Part shown: positions 1-9,938 of the stretch, one piece after another | How the letters are laid out: each line of letters starts with the position of its first letter | How positions within the stretch are numbered: the first letter of the stretch is position 1 | Source: a virus | Direction: 5' to 3' (one strand) | Length of the DNA: 64,000 bases | Virus record (IMG/VR): IMGVR_UViG_3300047666_000499 | Coordinates: 3,493-67,492 of that record | Made by a program: the position numbers and the translations under genes | Notes under the pieces: generated by a model | Told to the model about the DNA's origin: nothing | What the model saw: only the letters and a program-made list of their open reading frames with translations | Database searches by the model: none

Positions 1-42
1 GATGCCAGTGACCCGGACAACGTTGAGGTACATTATCAATAG
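1..42 (+). CDS. 3' end of upstream gene (possibly terminase large subunit)
   Basis: Frame 1 reads DASDPDNVEVHYQ-stop (TAG 40-42). Terminase identity is only a guess from crAss-like synteny, where terminase precedes portal. Confidence 0.3.
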   Translation, partial: DASDPDNVEVHYQ

Positions 43-45
43 TAC

Positions 46-76
46 CTTGACAAATAGTTTGCTTTTCGTATTATTA
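46..76 (+). promoter_or_regulatory. Putative promoter CTTG-N19-TATTATTA
   Basis: Matches the recurrent intergenic motif; Bacteroidota -33/-7 architecture. Confidence 0.6.
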
Positions 77-107
77 GCGCTATAAGTAATAAGTAAATAA
101 GAACAAT

Positions 108-701
108 ATGGAGAAAATGAAAGTTACGCCTCACTACGTAAATGTGCTGGCAGAAGTTACCGTATTACCAACAGAAGTTAATGGTGTATATGTAGGTGAA
201 CAGTCCGAGGGGACAATGACAAGAGCAGAGTTCTATTACGGAACAGCTTTGAAGAAAGGCCCTTTAGCGAACGAAAAAGATCAGTGTCCTGAACTAGAAG
301 AAGGAGATGGGATCATTTTTAACCAGTTTGCTGGACACCACGTTGCAACAGACGACGGTTTTTGTAAAGTCTTAAGAGGACATGATATAGTAGCAATTGT
401 AAGTGATTTAACGAATATGAACGAGGAAACAATTAAACCGACAGGTGACAGAATTTTAGTTAGAATTATTGGCGAGGAGCTAATCAGTGAGGATGGTGTG
501 TATGATGACACATCGGAAGATCCTAGAGATTTAGCAACACAGAAGGGATTAGTAATCTCTTGTGGGCCGAACGCAGAGCAAATTGAGGCAGGGACAACTA
601 TTTGTTTCGACCCATACTGCGGGAACTTAATCGTTAACGAAGCGAATAAGCAATTGAAAACTATAAATAGTTTTGATGTACTGTTTTCACTAGGTAAGTA
701 A
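108..701 (+). CDS. groES: Tandem (two-domain) GroES/Cpn10-like co-chaperonin
   Basis: Two Cpn10-like halves: KVTPHYVNVLAEV...LEEGDGIIFNQFAG...VLRGHDIVAIV and IKPTGDRILVRII...KGLVISCGP...IEAGTTICFDPYCG...INSFDVLFSL. Confidence 0.8.
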   Translation: MEKMKVTPHYVNVLAEVTVLPTEVNGVYVGEQSEGTMTRAEFYYGTALKKGPLANEKDQCPELEEGDGIIFNQFAGHHVATDDGFCKVLRGHDIVAIVSDLTNMNEETIKPTGDRILVRIIGEELISEDGVYDDTSEDPRDLATQKGLVISCGPNAEQIEAGTTICFDPYCGNLIVNEANKQLKTINSFDVLFSLGK

Positions 702-3061
702 TGAGTGTATTTGTAAACAACTATTATAACGTAGAAGATCTCTACACCACAGAGAAGGAAAAGAACACGTTCGATTACCTTAGCAAGTCTGTGGACTACT
801 ATATTACGTCGCTGGTCAACGAGAAACCGAGGATCAAGAAGGCGCGTAATCTGTATGAGGGTATTCGCGACAGAGAAGAGTTCAGGTACTTAGAGGAAAC
901 TTTTGGTATTGAGACTCCTATTGCTGTCAAGATGACTCCCCTTATTAAGACACGGATCGACGTGTTGTTAGGTCTTCTTCTTGATGAAGTGTTTACATAC
1001 AGAGTGTCAGTCAATGATAACAACACTCTAACCGATATTGAAAACAAAAAGAAGAACGAGAGAGCCGAGCGTATTATCGCTGGTTATCGTAAGCAAATGA
1101 ACGGTAACATAAACAAGCTGAAGCAGGGCCAACCGCCTGTAGCCGATGTTGTTACACAGAAGTTCTTGGATCGTATAGAGAAATCTATCAACGACGAGTT
1201 CATCAGCCAGTTCGAGATTGCCTGCCAGTCTCTTCTACAATTTTTTGAACAAGATAACACAATAGACCTCAAGCAAAAGGTCAAGCAATTCTTCTTAGAT
1301 CTATTAATCTCTGGTGAGGCGTTTTATCGCACTTACGTAGACCGATTGGGTGAAGATCCTAAGATAGAAATTTGCAAACCAGAGAACATATTCTTCTCTA
1401 AACGTACTGACCATCAGTTCCTATCTTCGGGTACACAGCCAAATGTAAACGCGGTCGTGCACCGTACCTACATGAAGCGTTCTGAGATCCTTAACAAATG
1501 GGGTCACTTGATGAATGAGACTGATAAGAAGCGCATCTTCGGGGATTACGACGGCACGGCCAGTCATAACCTCTATGATCCTAGAGCTTTAGATTACGTT
1601 TACAGGCAGGATAGCACTTCTGAAAGCATTCATAATCAGCATACGAATAACGACTTAGACACGCTGCCGGTTTACCACACAGAGTGGTTGGCTAACAACG
1701 TTGTCGAGCTCACTGATGATCGTAAGGACAGCCTGCGTAACGTGGAAGGTTCTACCATTTCTAAGAAGTGGTCTGACACACACGGTAAAGGAGCGGGTTC
1801 TGGTGCGGCTAAAAAGCACGGTTACAGATTAGATCGCTACGAGGGAGTTCGTATAGGTGATGACATTTACCTGAACATGGGAAAGAGCCGTTGGACACCA
1901 CGTTCTATCGGCCAGCCTTGGGTAACTACACTATCTTACAACGGCGTAGCGTACAACGACAGAAACGGAACTCCGTATTCTATCACGTTAGCCTTGAAAG
2001 ATTTACAAGATTCATATGACATTATACATTTTTTCCGTGATAATCTTATTGCTAATTCCGGCGTTGATGGTTCGCGTATTAACCTTGCGGCTATTCCAAA
2101 GGTACTTGGCCAAGATTATATGGAGCGTATCCTTAAGTTCATGGCTTTCCGTAAGCAGGGTGTCGAACTATATGACCCCACAGAAGACGGGGCGCACTTG
2201 TTCAACCATTACGGTGATTTTAAAGGATCACTCAACGGGCAGATTGTTGAATCTCTTAACTCCGTACTTGAGTCTATCGAAAGACAGGCCGACGTTGTTA
2301 CCGGGGTCAATAGACACATGTATGCTGCTGCAGAAGTTAGAGACGCTGTATCCAACGTCAAAGTTGGTCAACAGCAAACTAGTCTCATCACTAAAGATAT
2401 CTTTGAGTTAGTCTATACGTCTAGAAAGCACATGCTTACAGACTTGATTAACCAAGCAAAAATTACATACCGTAAAGGTAAACGAGGTTCATATATCGTG
2501 GGGCACAGAACTATCTTGTTCGACGCATTCCCGGAGCACTTCTGTTTCACCGATTACAATATTCATATTATCAACTCTAGCAAGGAAAACCTTAAACTAG
2601 AGAAGTTAAGCGCTATTATTCCTGAACTTGCAGCAGCTGGGGTGTTAGGACACGACGTTATCGTTAAGATGACGATGTCTGAGTCTCCAACTGAGATACT
2701 GAAGCTCATAGAGGATAGTATGGCCAAGCATGAGGAGTCTAACGACATTGCGGGTCAGTTGCAACAACAACTGGAACAAATGCAGGGCCAGCTCAAAGAA
2801 GTCGAAGGTCAACTGCAACAAGCTCAAAAGCAAGCTGATGCCGCGAGCGAACAAGAGGTGCAGCTTAAGGTTCAGAACCAAGAGATGCAAACTTACGAGA
2901 GCAGAAACAGAGTTCGCCAAGGGGACGAAAGGTTGGATCTGGATCGCTATTCTACCACAGAGGAGGTTAAGAAAGACCAAGAGATTGTACAACTGGAACG
3001 CGAGCAGCTGTATGCTGAGAACGCGCAAGGTAATTCCAAAGAAGTCAGAAATAATTTCTAA
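701..3061 (+). CDS. Portal protein (crAss-like)
   Basis: 786 aa; YNGVAYNDRNGTPYSITLALKDLQDSYDIIHFFRDNLIANSG and a Gln-rich C-terminal coiled coil; position upstream of the capsid genes. Confidence 0.85.
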   Translation: MSVFVNNYYNVEDLYTTEKEKNTFDYLSKSVDYYITSLVNEKPRIKKARNLYEGIRDREEFRYLEETFGIETPIAVKMTPLIKTRIDVLLGLLLDEVFTYRVSVNDNNTLTDIENKKKNERAERIIAGYRKQMNGNINKLKQGQPPVADVVTQKFLDRIEKSINDEFISQFEIACQSLLQFFEQDNTIDLKQKVKQFFLDLLISGEAFYRTYVDRLGEDPKIEICKPENIFFSKRTDHQFLSSGTQPNVNAVVHRTYMKRSEILNKWGHLMNETDKKRIFGDYDGTASHNLYDPRALDYVYRQDSTSESIHNQHTNNDLDTLPVYHTEWLANNVVELTDDRKDSLRNVEGSTISKKWSDTHGKGAGSGAAKKHGYRLDRYEGVRIGDDIYLNMGKSRWTPRSIGQPWVTTLSYNGVAYNDRNGTPYSITLALKDLQDSYDIIHFFRDNLIANSGVDGSRINLAAIPKVLGQDYMERILKFMAFRKQGVELYDPTEDGAHLFNHYGDFKGSLNGQIVESLNSVLESIERQADVVTGVNRHMYAAAEVRDAVSNVKVGQQQTSLITKDIFELVYTSRKHMLTDLINQAKITYRKGKRGSYIVGHRTILFDAFPEHFCFTDYNIHIINSSKENLKLEKLSAIIPELAAAGVLGHDVIVKMTMSESPTEILKLIEDSMAKHEESNDIAGQLQQQLEQMQGQLKEVEGQLQQAQKQADAASEQEVQLKVQNQEMQTYESRNRVRQGDERLDLDRYSTTEEVKKDQEIVQLEREQLYAENAQGNSKEVRNNF

Positions 3062-3210
3062 TGGAAGACAAGAGGTACATAATCAAGATCGATCGCAGAA
3101 CCGAATACAAGGTAATTGAGCATCAACTGTACAAGCCGAAATGGCTAGCGTACTTTGGTGGTATAGAGGGAGTGAGAGAATTTATTAAAAACTACGATAA
3201 CGAAAAGTAA
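3061..3210 (+). CDS. Small hypothetical protein (49 aa, not in ORF track)
   Basis: MEDKRYIIKIDRRTEYKVIEHQLYKPKWLAYFGGIEGVREFIKNYDNEK; TAATG stop/start overlaps at both ends. Confidence 0.7.
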   Translation: MEDKRYIIKIDRRTEYKVIEHQLYKPKWLAYFGGIEGVREFIKNYDNEK

Positions 3211-4361
3211 TGGACGTAAGAATTATAGAAACAGTAGCGACTAGCGGGGGATTGAACGACGCAGGATTCAGAGTTGATGGATCTGTGGAGAACATCTCCT
3301 TAGACTGGGATCACGCTAACCAGAGACTATCTGTTGTGGATTACAACATGAACTACAGCATCCTCCCTATACAGCTGTATAACGAGGGGGTAAAAAAAGT
3401 ATTCTTAACCTACAACGGTAAGAGTTGTGACACCGGCCAGTTTTTAGAGACTGTGGTTATGGAGTCCAGCGATGAAGATGATGTGAATCAGATTCCTTGT
3501 TATAACAACTCAAACGAGTGGTGGTATTCTCCGGCGGAGTTTACTTACCCAGATGAGGTTAGACAATTAACAAACCCTGCTGACTACGCAACAAAGCCGT
3601 ATGATTACAGAGAAGGGTTCACCGTAGTAAAGCAGTTCTTAACGTCTCAGGCAAACTTGTGTTTGTCAGAACAGGTAGAATACACAGCTTTCTACAGGGC
3701 ACCGACCTTGACATCGTTCATACCAGCTAACGTGGAAGCCAACCGAATCTACAAAGACGGGTGGTACACTTCTTATGCGTGTGTGGTTAGGGCACTTGAG
3801 ACAGTAACAACCACGGTTGGTACCGTCACTACAACGACATTGGTTACCCCGACTAACAGCGGTGGTACATTAGGTGTGGACACAGGAGACATCTTCTACT
3901 ACGCACCTACAAAGAGCTTCTACATAAACCTAACAGGTGCCATTGGTACCCTAGAGTTGTACAACACGACGTCAACGTTAGTGCATCCGGACTCAACGAA
4001 CTGGATGATAAACCCTACGTTCGACATGTGGCAAACTCTTATGAGAAACAACATAGGCCCTGCAATGGCAGATGATCCTATTTATTTCGCTGAGTCTCAA
4101 CATTTGGTTACTTGCGACATGAATATGGCTATCCGTAATGAGGTCAAAAACATCTGCGGTTGCTGTGACAGCACTACGTTCGGTGTTAGTAGAGTTATGA
4201 ACTACCAGAAACTAATGCAAAAACGCTTAGGGGCTTGGGTTAACTTCAACGAAGGCCTGTTCCATGAAGCAGCTTGCATACTACAGAACTCACGTAAGCT
4301 TTGCTACCAGTGTTTATACCACGGTGGTGAGTGTTTAACTAAACCTTCAGCATCATGCTAA
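3210..4361 (+). CDS. Putative virion structural protein with Cys-rich C-terminus (tail-hub-like)
   Basis: Beta-rich body, helical Cys-rich end (ICGCC...EAACILQ...LCYQC...EC...C); coupled to the portal operon. Confidence 0.45.
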   Translation: MDVRIIETVATSGGLNDAGFRVDGSVENISLDWDHANQRLSVVDYNMNYSILPIQLYNEGVKKVFLTYNGKSCDTGQFLETVVMESSDEDDVNQIPCYNNSNEWWYSPAEFTYPDEVRQLTNPADYATKPYDYREGFTVVKQFLTSQANLCLSEQVEYTAFYRAPTLTSFIPANVEANRIYKDGWYTSYACVVRALETVTTTVGTVTTTTLVTPTNSGGTLGVDTGDIFYYAPTKSFYINLTGAIGTLELYNTTSTLVHPDSTNWMINPTFDMWQTLMRNNIGPAMADDPIYFAESQHLVTCDMNMAIRNEVKNICGCCDSTTFGVSRVMNYQKLMQKRLGAWVNFNEGLFHEAACILQNSRKLCYQCLYHGGECLTKPSASC

Positions 4362-4783
4362 TACGATTTACAGATGACTACGTGGCCTTGATAAATTTGG
4401 GCTACGCAAAGATCGCGGATATCCACTGCACCCTTCACATGAAGGAGCCGTATGTGGGTGGTTCGCCAGCGTTGGATGGGTTATATGCCCATTCTATTGC
4501 TATCTCCGCTATTATCGATACTTTGTGTAACGATGATAACAGTGATCCCAAGTTCAACGAGGGCTTGTGGACATGTCTACGAGGTCTTGTAGCTAAGAAC
4601 ATCTGTTCCCCTCGTAAGAAGATATTAAAGAACGTAAGAAATTTACACGAGACTTCCCCAGTGAACGTCACAAGCACCGACGCTACAGGCCTCGTAAACG
4701 TATTCCCTTCCCAGCCTACAACGCCGGGTGAGGACACACCGTATATAGACGGTAATTCAGTATACCAACAAAATCAGAACTAA
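4355..4783 (+). CDS. Hypothetical structural protein
   Basis: 142 aa ORF overlapping its neighbours in the operon. Confidence 0.6.
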   Translation: MLIRFTDDYVALINLGYAKIADIHCTLHMKEPYVGGSPALDGLYAHSIAISAIIDTLCNDDNSDPKFNEGLWTCLRGLVAKNICSPRKKILKNVRNLHETSPVNVTSTDATGLVNVFPSQPTTPGEDTPYIDGNSVYQQNQN

Positions 4784-5256
4784 TGACACAAATCTTTGGA
4801 AATCAAATGCCTAATAATGTTTTAGGGACATCGACTACTAACCCAAACGCGTTAGTGAATGATGATGCACCGGATACTGACAGCCGTCTAGTTAAGGTAA
4901 CAAACGGAATTACAGAAGTTACACCAAACTTCATGCATGACCACACGCGTTATGAATACATCTCGCCGACCGGTAATTCGCAGACTGTGAACTGGTACGC
5001 TCCTTTGAACCAAGAGGATCGTAGCTTACACTGGTTGACCTTGGATAACTCTAACAACAGCACTGGTAAGTCCTTCGTATTCTCGGCGGATTACGTGTTT
5101 TTAGATGACTCTGATGTAGCTATCATACCGAACGTGAACACATTGACACTGAACACATACACTCTCCCTGCTGGGGAAGTTTACGTTTGGTGGGCGACTG
5201 TCGTGGACGGCAAGGTGTACCTAAGAGTTGCATCGTCAAGTGACCTAGCAATTTAA
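4783..5256 (+). CDS. Hypothetical beta-rich structural protein
   Basis: 157 aa; TAATG coupling to the previous gene. Confidence 0.6.
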   Translation: MTQIFGNQMPNNVLGTSTTNPNALVNDDAPDTDSRLVKVTNGITEVTPNFMHDHTRYEYISPTGNSQTVNWYAPLNQEDRSLHWLTLDNSNNSTGKSFVFSADYVFLDDSDVAIIPNVNTLTLNTYTLPAGEVYVWWATVVDGKVYLRVASSSDLAI

Positions 5257-5275
5257 GATTTTTTCTTTATATTTA
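5245..5275 (+). promoter_or_regulatory. Putative promoter CTAG-N19-TATATTTA
   Basis: Variant of the recurrent motif, upstream of the 5325 gene. Confidence 0.45.
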
Positions 5276-5324
5276 AAAAATGTCCCAAAAAGAGGGCGAT
5301 ATATTAATAAGTAAATAGAATGAT

Positions 5325-6593
5325 ATGGCTGAAGAGCAAACACTAGACACGTTGCATGACGACACAGAAGACACGCAACCAACAGGTACCGGGACGGGAT
5401 CTGAAGGAGCGGACGGAAAAGAAGGGGCAGATGGTATTGAACCAACTGGATCCGGAGCAGGAGCACCTAGCCCCAGAGCTGGCGGCGAACCCGCGCCAGA
5501 ACCTACAGCAGAAGATTTAGCGGCCACAGCGGCAGCGACATTAGAGGCTGAAACAGCAGCAGCAGCTACGACGGCGGCGGCAGAAGGAGGAGGAGAACCA
5601 GCACCAACAGATGGGGCGGAAGGTTCAGATCCACCAGTAGTTGCGTCAGGGGTAGAGCAATTCTTAGCACAGTTCGGTATTGCCGATGGGTTAATAACTT
5701 TTGAAGCTGAAGAAGGTGTAGAGGGTTCGGTTGCGCAAACAAAACACTATAACGATTTAACACAAGAAGAGCAGTTCAACATACTGTCTGACCTCGCTGA
5801 AGCGGGAGCTCCCTCTGCAGAAGAGAAGTACGGTTTGGAGCAGTCTGAAATAGGCCTGATCAATTTCGTAAGGGAGAATGGCGGAACCGTTGAGGAGGCT
5901 TTGAACAAGATGGCCCAAGAGCGTGTGGACCAGCTGCGTACGATGGAGACAGCGTCCGGGGTGGATTACGATGCGATGGGCAATGACTCTATGATGGCCC
6001 GTTACTTGAAAGATCAAGATCCTGAAGCTTCAGAGCAAGAGGTTACGGAAGAGGTCGCCAGAAGAAAGGAAGGAAGGTTCTACGAGAAGGATGTTGAATC
6101 TATCAGAGGAAGCTACAAAACGGAGGCCTTGGCCAAAGCTAATGAAGCTGAGAACACAGAGACCCTGGCTTTTGAAGCTGAGTTGGAAGTTCAGAGAGGT
6201 GTCATTGCTACAGCCGTAAATGAGGTTGAAAGCGTTGCCGGCTGGAAAGTTAATAACGACCAAAAGAATGAAGTATTGTCTGATTTGTTGGAGACCAACG
6301 ATGACGGTGATTCCAAGTTCATGGCCGACGTGTTCTCTGACCCCAAAGAGCTATTTAGAGTAGCTTGGTTGGCCAAGAACGCTGAGGCGTACATTGACGA
6401 ATTAGAGAAACACTACAAGCGTGAAAACGCAAACGAATATCAACGAGGGAAAGAGCATGGTATCAACGGATTGCCGTCTACACCGATCGGTAGCGGATCT
6501 TCTGCACCCAGCGGAACAGCGGCACCTGAAGCGCCCGCGGCCTCTCGTGAAGAAAAGGTGACTTCCACTTCAAACTTGTGGGATAACGATTAG
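5325..6593 (+). CDS. Acidic scaffold-like protein preceding the MCP
   Basis: Low-complexity acidic Gly/Ala/Pro N-terminus and helical body; the conserved pre-MCP position in crAss-like phages. Confidence 0.6.
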   Translation: MAEEQTLDTLHDDTEDTQPTGTGTGSEGADGKEGADGIEPTGSGAGAPSPRAGGEPAPEPTAEDLAATAAATLEAETAAAATTAAAEGGGEPAPTDGAEGSDPPVVASGVEQFLAQFGIADGLITFEAEEGVEGSVAQTKHYNDLTQEEQFNILSDLAEAGAPSAEEKYGLEQSEIGLINFVRENGGTVEEALNKMAQERVDQLRTMETASGVDYDAMGNDSMMARYLKDQDPEASEQEVTEEVARRKEGRFYEKDVESIRGSYKTEALAKANEAENTETLAFEAELEVQRGVIATAVNEVESVAGWKVNNDQKNEVLSDLLETNDDGDSKFMADVFSDPKELFRVAWLAKNAEAYIDELEKHYKRENANEYQRGKEHGINGLPSTPIGSGSSAPSGTAAPEAPAASREEKVTSTSNLWDND

Positions 6594-6601
6594 AAAACTT
6601 T

Positions 6602-6654
6602 ATCGACTTCCCCTTATGAATAGAAATCTATTTGGTATAGATGGGGAAGTTGAT
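6602..6654 (+). promoter_or_regulatory. MCP promoter (CTTA 6613-N19-TATAGATG 6636) enclosed in a long imperfect hairpin
   Basis: ATCGACTTCCCC...GGGGAAGTTGAT outer arms and an inner AATAGA-AA-TCTATT stem. Confidence 0.55.
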
Positions 6655-6714
6655 TAAAATTTAGTACCAATAACCAAGGGAGGGAAGCCTTCCATAAAAC
6701 AAAAACAGGAACAT

Positions 6715-8127
6715 ATGAAAATTGTAGACAGAAATACGGTATCTCAGCATTTGTCTGACACAAAGACCGTACAAAACTTTGGCCGCCTTTTAGGAGACAA
6801 GCCGCACAAGTTGGGACAGGTGGTAACACTTTACCCTCACTTAGCGATTTCGACACTGACGGATGCCTTGAAAAACGTGTATTACAATCCTAAAAAGGAT
6901 GCTAATTCATTCTCACCGATTAACTCAATGTGTATTGAGTGGAACATCGATGTTAACTTCATTAAGACAGTTAAGATTGTAGCGGATATTTCGGGAACTG
7001 GATACCGTAAGCACGTTGAAACGTTAATATTAGAAGAAAGATATTACGATCAAAACGACACATTCACTTTAGAGAACAAGCAACAACTATTCGTAGTTCA
7101 AGCTCCTCGTAAGATCTCTCAAAAGAGATGGGAATACCAAGTTCGTTTAGTTGGTAATGACTTGAACAAAGAAATAGATGTTAATTACGCTACGAACGGG
7201 AAGAAAACTCGTTACAGAAGTAATTACCACCCAGAGCTTTCTGAAAGAGGGTACACTAAGTGGATCTCAAACTCTGAGACTCACCGTAACTACCTTTCTC
7301 GCCATAGAGCGTCTGTAGATTGGTCAGCTGACTTCGCGATGAAAGAAGAAATGTTCATCCAAATCGGTAAAGATCCTAAGTCTACTGCGTCTTACTACAA
7401 GATGACGAAGAAAGAAAAAGAATGTATGGACGTTTTCTTGTTGTCAAGAGAGCAAGCTTGCCTCTTTGGTGAAACAAACTACGATGTAAACGGTAAGTGT
7501 TTAGATCAAGATGATCATGGTCGTGATATCCCTATGGGAGACGGTGTGATTTCTCAGATCGAGCGTTACTGTGATAAGTTCTCTTACTCGTACTTAAACT
7601 CTTATGTATTTGATGATGTTATGTCAGCTATGCGTGAGAAGTCTGATATGCCTACTGGAAACATGTATGCAGTTGTATGTAATGAGAGACTATACGATCA
7701 AATCCAACGTACTCTTCGTGAGGACGTAAGATTCCAAGCTAGTAATGATTCAGCTTACTTCTGGTCAAAATCTGCTGGTAAAGTTAAAGTTGGTGCAGAA
7801 TTCAATGCATACACTTTCTCAGGTAACACTGTGACTTTCATGCCAGACAGAGCGTTGTCTCAAGAGTACCCTGATCACGGTTACGGTATCTTCTTGGATA
7901 CAGGAGCTGATTTAGCTTCAGGTCGTCCAAACGTTGCAATGTTCACATTAGAGGGATCTGAAATCGTTTCAGGTAACTTGAAAGGAATGGGTCAAATGGA
8001 TGGTAAATCTTCAGGAGACGTTGCTACATCTGTACACGGATCTCAATACCACTTACTAGGTTACTCTGGTGCTTGTGTATTCAACCCTTACAAATCATTC
8101 ATCCTAGAAGAAGCGAGAGTTCTCTAA
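6715..8127 (+). CDS. Major capsid protein (HK97 fold, crAss-like)
   Basis: 470 aa; YHPELSERGYTK...ETHRNY, GRDIPMGDGVISQIE, GYSGACVFNPYKS. Codon usage looks strongly biased, and a terminator follows. Confidence 0.9.
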   Translation: MKIVDRNTVSQHLSDTKTVQNFGRLLGDKPHKLGQVVTLYPHLAISTLTDALKNVYYNPKKDANSFSPINSMCIEWNIDVNFIKTVKIVADISGTGYRKHVETLILEERYYDQNDTFTLENKQQLFVVQAPRKISQKRWEYQVRLVGNDLNKEIDVNYATNGKKTRYRSNYHPELSERGYTKWISNSETHRNYLSRHRASVDWSADFAMKEEMFIQIGKDPKSTASYYKMTKKEKECMDVFLLSREQACLFGETNYDVNGKCLDQDDHGRDIPMGDGVISQIERYCDKFSYSYLNSYVFDDVMSAMREKSDMPTGNMYAVVCNERLYDQIQRTLREDVRFQASNDSAYFWSKSAGKVKVGAEFNAYTFSGNTVTFMPDRALSQEYPDHGYGIFLDTGADLASGRPNVAMFTLEGSEIVSGNLKGMGQMDGKSSGDVATSVHGSQYHLLGYSGACVFNPYKSFILEEARVL

Positions 8128-8148
8128 TAGGAAGATAGAAATATTTGG

Positions 8149-8180
8149 AACCCCTTGGCTTAATTGTCAGGGGGTTTTTT
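8149..8180 (+). terminator. Intrinsic terminator after MCP
   Basis: AACCCCTTGGC-TTAATT-GTCAGGGGGTT stem followed by a T-tract. Confidence 0.8.
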
Positions 8181-8187
8181 ATTTTCC

Positions 8188-8219
8188 CTTGAAATTTCCA
8201 AAGGGTATTCTTATCATTG
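8188..8219 (+). promoter_or_regulatory. Putative promoter CTTG-N20-TATCATTG
   Basis: Recurrent motif immediately after the terminator. Confidence 0.5.
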
Positions 8220-8254
8220 GGGTACACAATATGTTTAATAATAAATAAGTAGAT

Positions 8255-9148
8255 ATGAACAGAAAAGGACACAACCGCTTCGAGGAGATCGAGCAGTTAG
8301 AAAACGGTAAAAGTACCGACAAAGTGGTTACACTGAAACAAGTATTTAAGCAAGGGAAGCACATCGTGCAGCCAGCTTACAACCCCGCACTATCTTGGTT
8401 CGCCGGTGTTGCTAGATTAAGCGACGAGGAGAAGAAAGAGAAGGCTTACTTTGTAACAGTCAGTAACGACCCGTTAAAAGCGCATTTGAATACAAAGTTC
8501 ACCCTGATTGATGGGATTGAGTTTGATTTGAATGACGAGATACAAGCGATCAACTGGGCGTGGATCAAACATCTACCCTGCGTTGCAATGTCGTTTGAAG
8601 AAGCACAGAGAGGTAAAGCTCTTTTCTACGTTCACATCGAGGGTAGAGAAGCAGAGAAAGATAACCAGAAGACTGAGTTAGCGTTTGATGCGCTTGCTTG
8701 CATCATGAATGATCCTATGACAAACTACGAGAACCGTGCGTTGTTACTAGGTACAGACATGGCAGGTGATACTCCAGCGAACGTTAAAAAGTTCCTCATG
8801 AACGAGGCTAAGAAAAACCCATCAAAGGTTTTGGCTGTTTACCGTAGCAAGTCTATGAAGATCAACCTTCTTTATGTGAAGGCAAAACAAATGGGACTTG
8901 TTACCCAAGGTTCAGACAACGTTGTGAAATACGGTGTTAATATCTTAGGTATGTCTGACGACCAAGCTATTGCTTACTTGCAGTTGCATGAGGACGTTAT
9001 GATGCTTCTTGAGAGAGAGGTTAATCCTGACTACTTCACAATGAGCACTCCGAACCCGGTTACAGCAGAGACTGTAGATACAGGGGACGACGAGGAAACC
9101 CCGGCTGCTAAAATGGCGAGAGTTCGTGACGCGAAGAAAAAAGACTAA
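8255..9148 (+). CDS. Conserved crAss-like post-MCP protein
   Basis: FDLNDEIQAINWAWIK and a helical C-terminus; synteny. Confidence 0.6.
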   Translation: MNRKGHNRFEEIEQLENGKSTDKVVTLKQVFKQGKHIVQPAYNPALSWFAGVARLSDEEKKEKAYFVTVSNDPLKAHLNTKFTLIDGIEFDLNDEIQAINWAWIKHLPCVAMSFEEAQRGKALFYVHIEGREAEKDNQKTELAFDALACIMNDPMTNYENRALLLGTDMAGDTPANVKKFLMNEAKKNPSKVLAVYRSKSMKINLLYVKAKQMGLVTQGSDNVVKYGVNILGMSDDQAIAYLQLHEDVMMLLEREVNPDYFTMSTPNPVTAETVDTGDDEETPAAKMARVRDAKKKD

Positions 9149-9158
9149 AACATAAACG

Positions 9159-9938
9159 ATGACTGACAAAGGCTGTTACGAGAATACATTACGCGAGTTG
9201 AGAAAGGTTAAATCCGCTTCTCTTCACTTGTCTGACTACAACTACTGGGGCAGTAAAGCCATTCAGGAGCTAGCAAACGAGCGTTACAATATTTTCGAAA
9301 CTACCCAGCAGTTGTCTGATGACTTACAAGCACTCACTACTTCGGCGTCCTTCACTGTGACGTCGGGGTTAGGAGGCTTACAAGGAGCTTGGACAGGTGG
9401 ATACACAGAAACTCCCGTAGGAATTGTCACTGGACAACGATACGGTTCTGGCTTCTACCAATTCTCCTCACCAGCGGACTACTGGCACATGCTAGGATCC
9501 CATGTTGGTGTGGTAAACCTACGTCCGCACAAATGCTATCCAGCAGGATACGAGATCAGCACGGTCTCTAAGAGACTGACAAGAGACATAGGAAATGGTA
9601 TCATAAACAACGCTTATTTGAAGCCCGACTTTAAGAGACCTTACCACCAGTTTATCGACGGCTCAGGGGGACAGGTTAAACCTGATCTTATCTACTTTGC
9701 TGGGGACTTGAACCAGTACGCTATTGGTTCCGTATACATTGATTACTTAAAAGAGCCCAGAGGTATAAACCTCACGGTTGCACAAAGAGACTTGCCACTA
9801 GACACTTCAGATGTTATGGAGTGGCCAGAGTACGTATGCCAAGAGATTGTCAAACGTATAGTCAAGCTAGTTCTAGAAGCTAGCTCTGACCCAAGATTGA
9901 ACACACACATACCCGTGAATCAGTCGATACAACCCTAG
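9159..9938 (+). CDS. Tail ring/tubular protein
   Basis: YNIFETTQQLSDDLQAL, NNAYLKPDFKRPY, IDYLKEP, EWPEYVCQEIV; typical crAss ring-protein motifs. Confidence 0.7.
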   Translation: MTDKGCYENTLRELRKVKSASLHLSDYNYWGSKAIQELANERYNIFETTQQLSDDLQALTTSASFTVTSGLGGLQGAWTGGYTETPVGIVTGQRYGSGFYQFSSPADYWHMLGSHVGVVNLRPHKCYPAGYEISTVSKRLTRDIGNGIINNAYLKPDFKRPYHQFIDGSGGQVKPDLIYFAGDLNQYAIGSVYIDYLKEPRGINLTVAQRDLPLDTSDVMEWPEYVCQEIVKRIVKLVLEASSDPRLNTHIPVNQSIQP

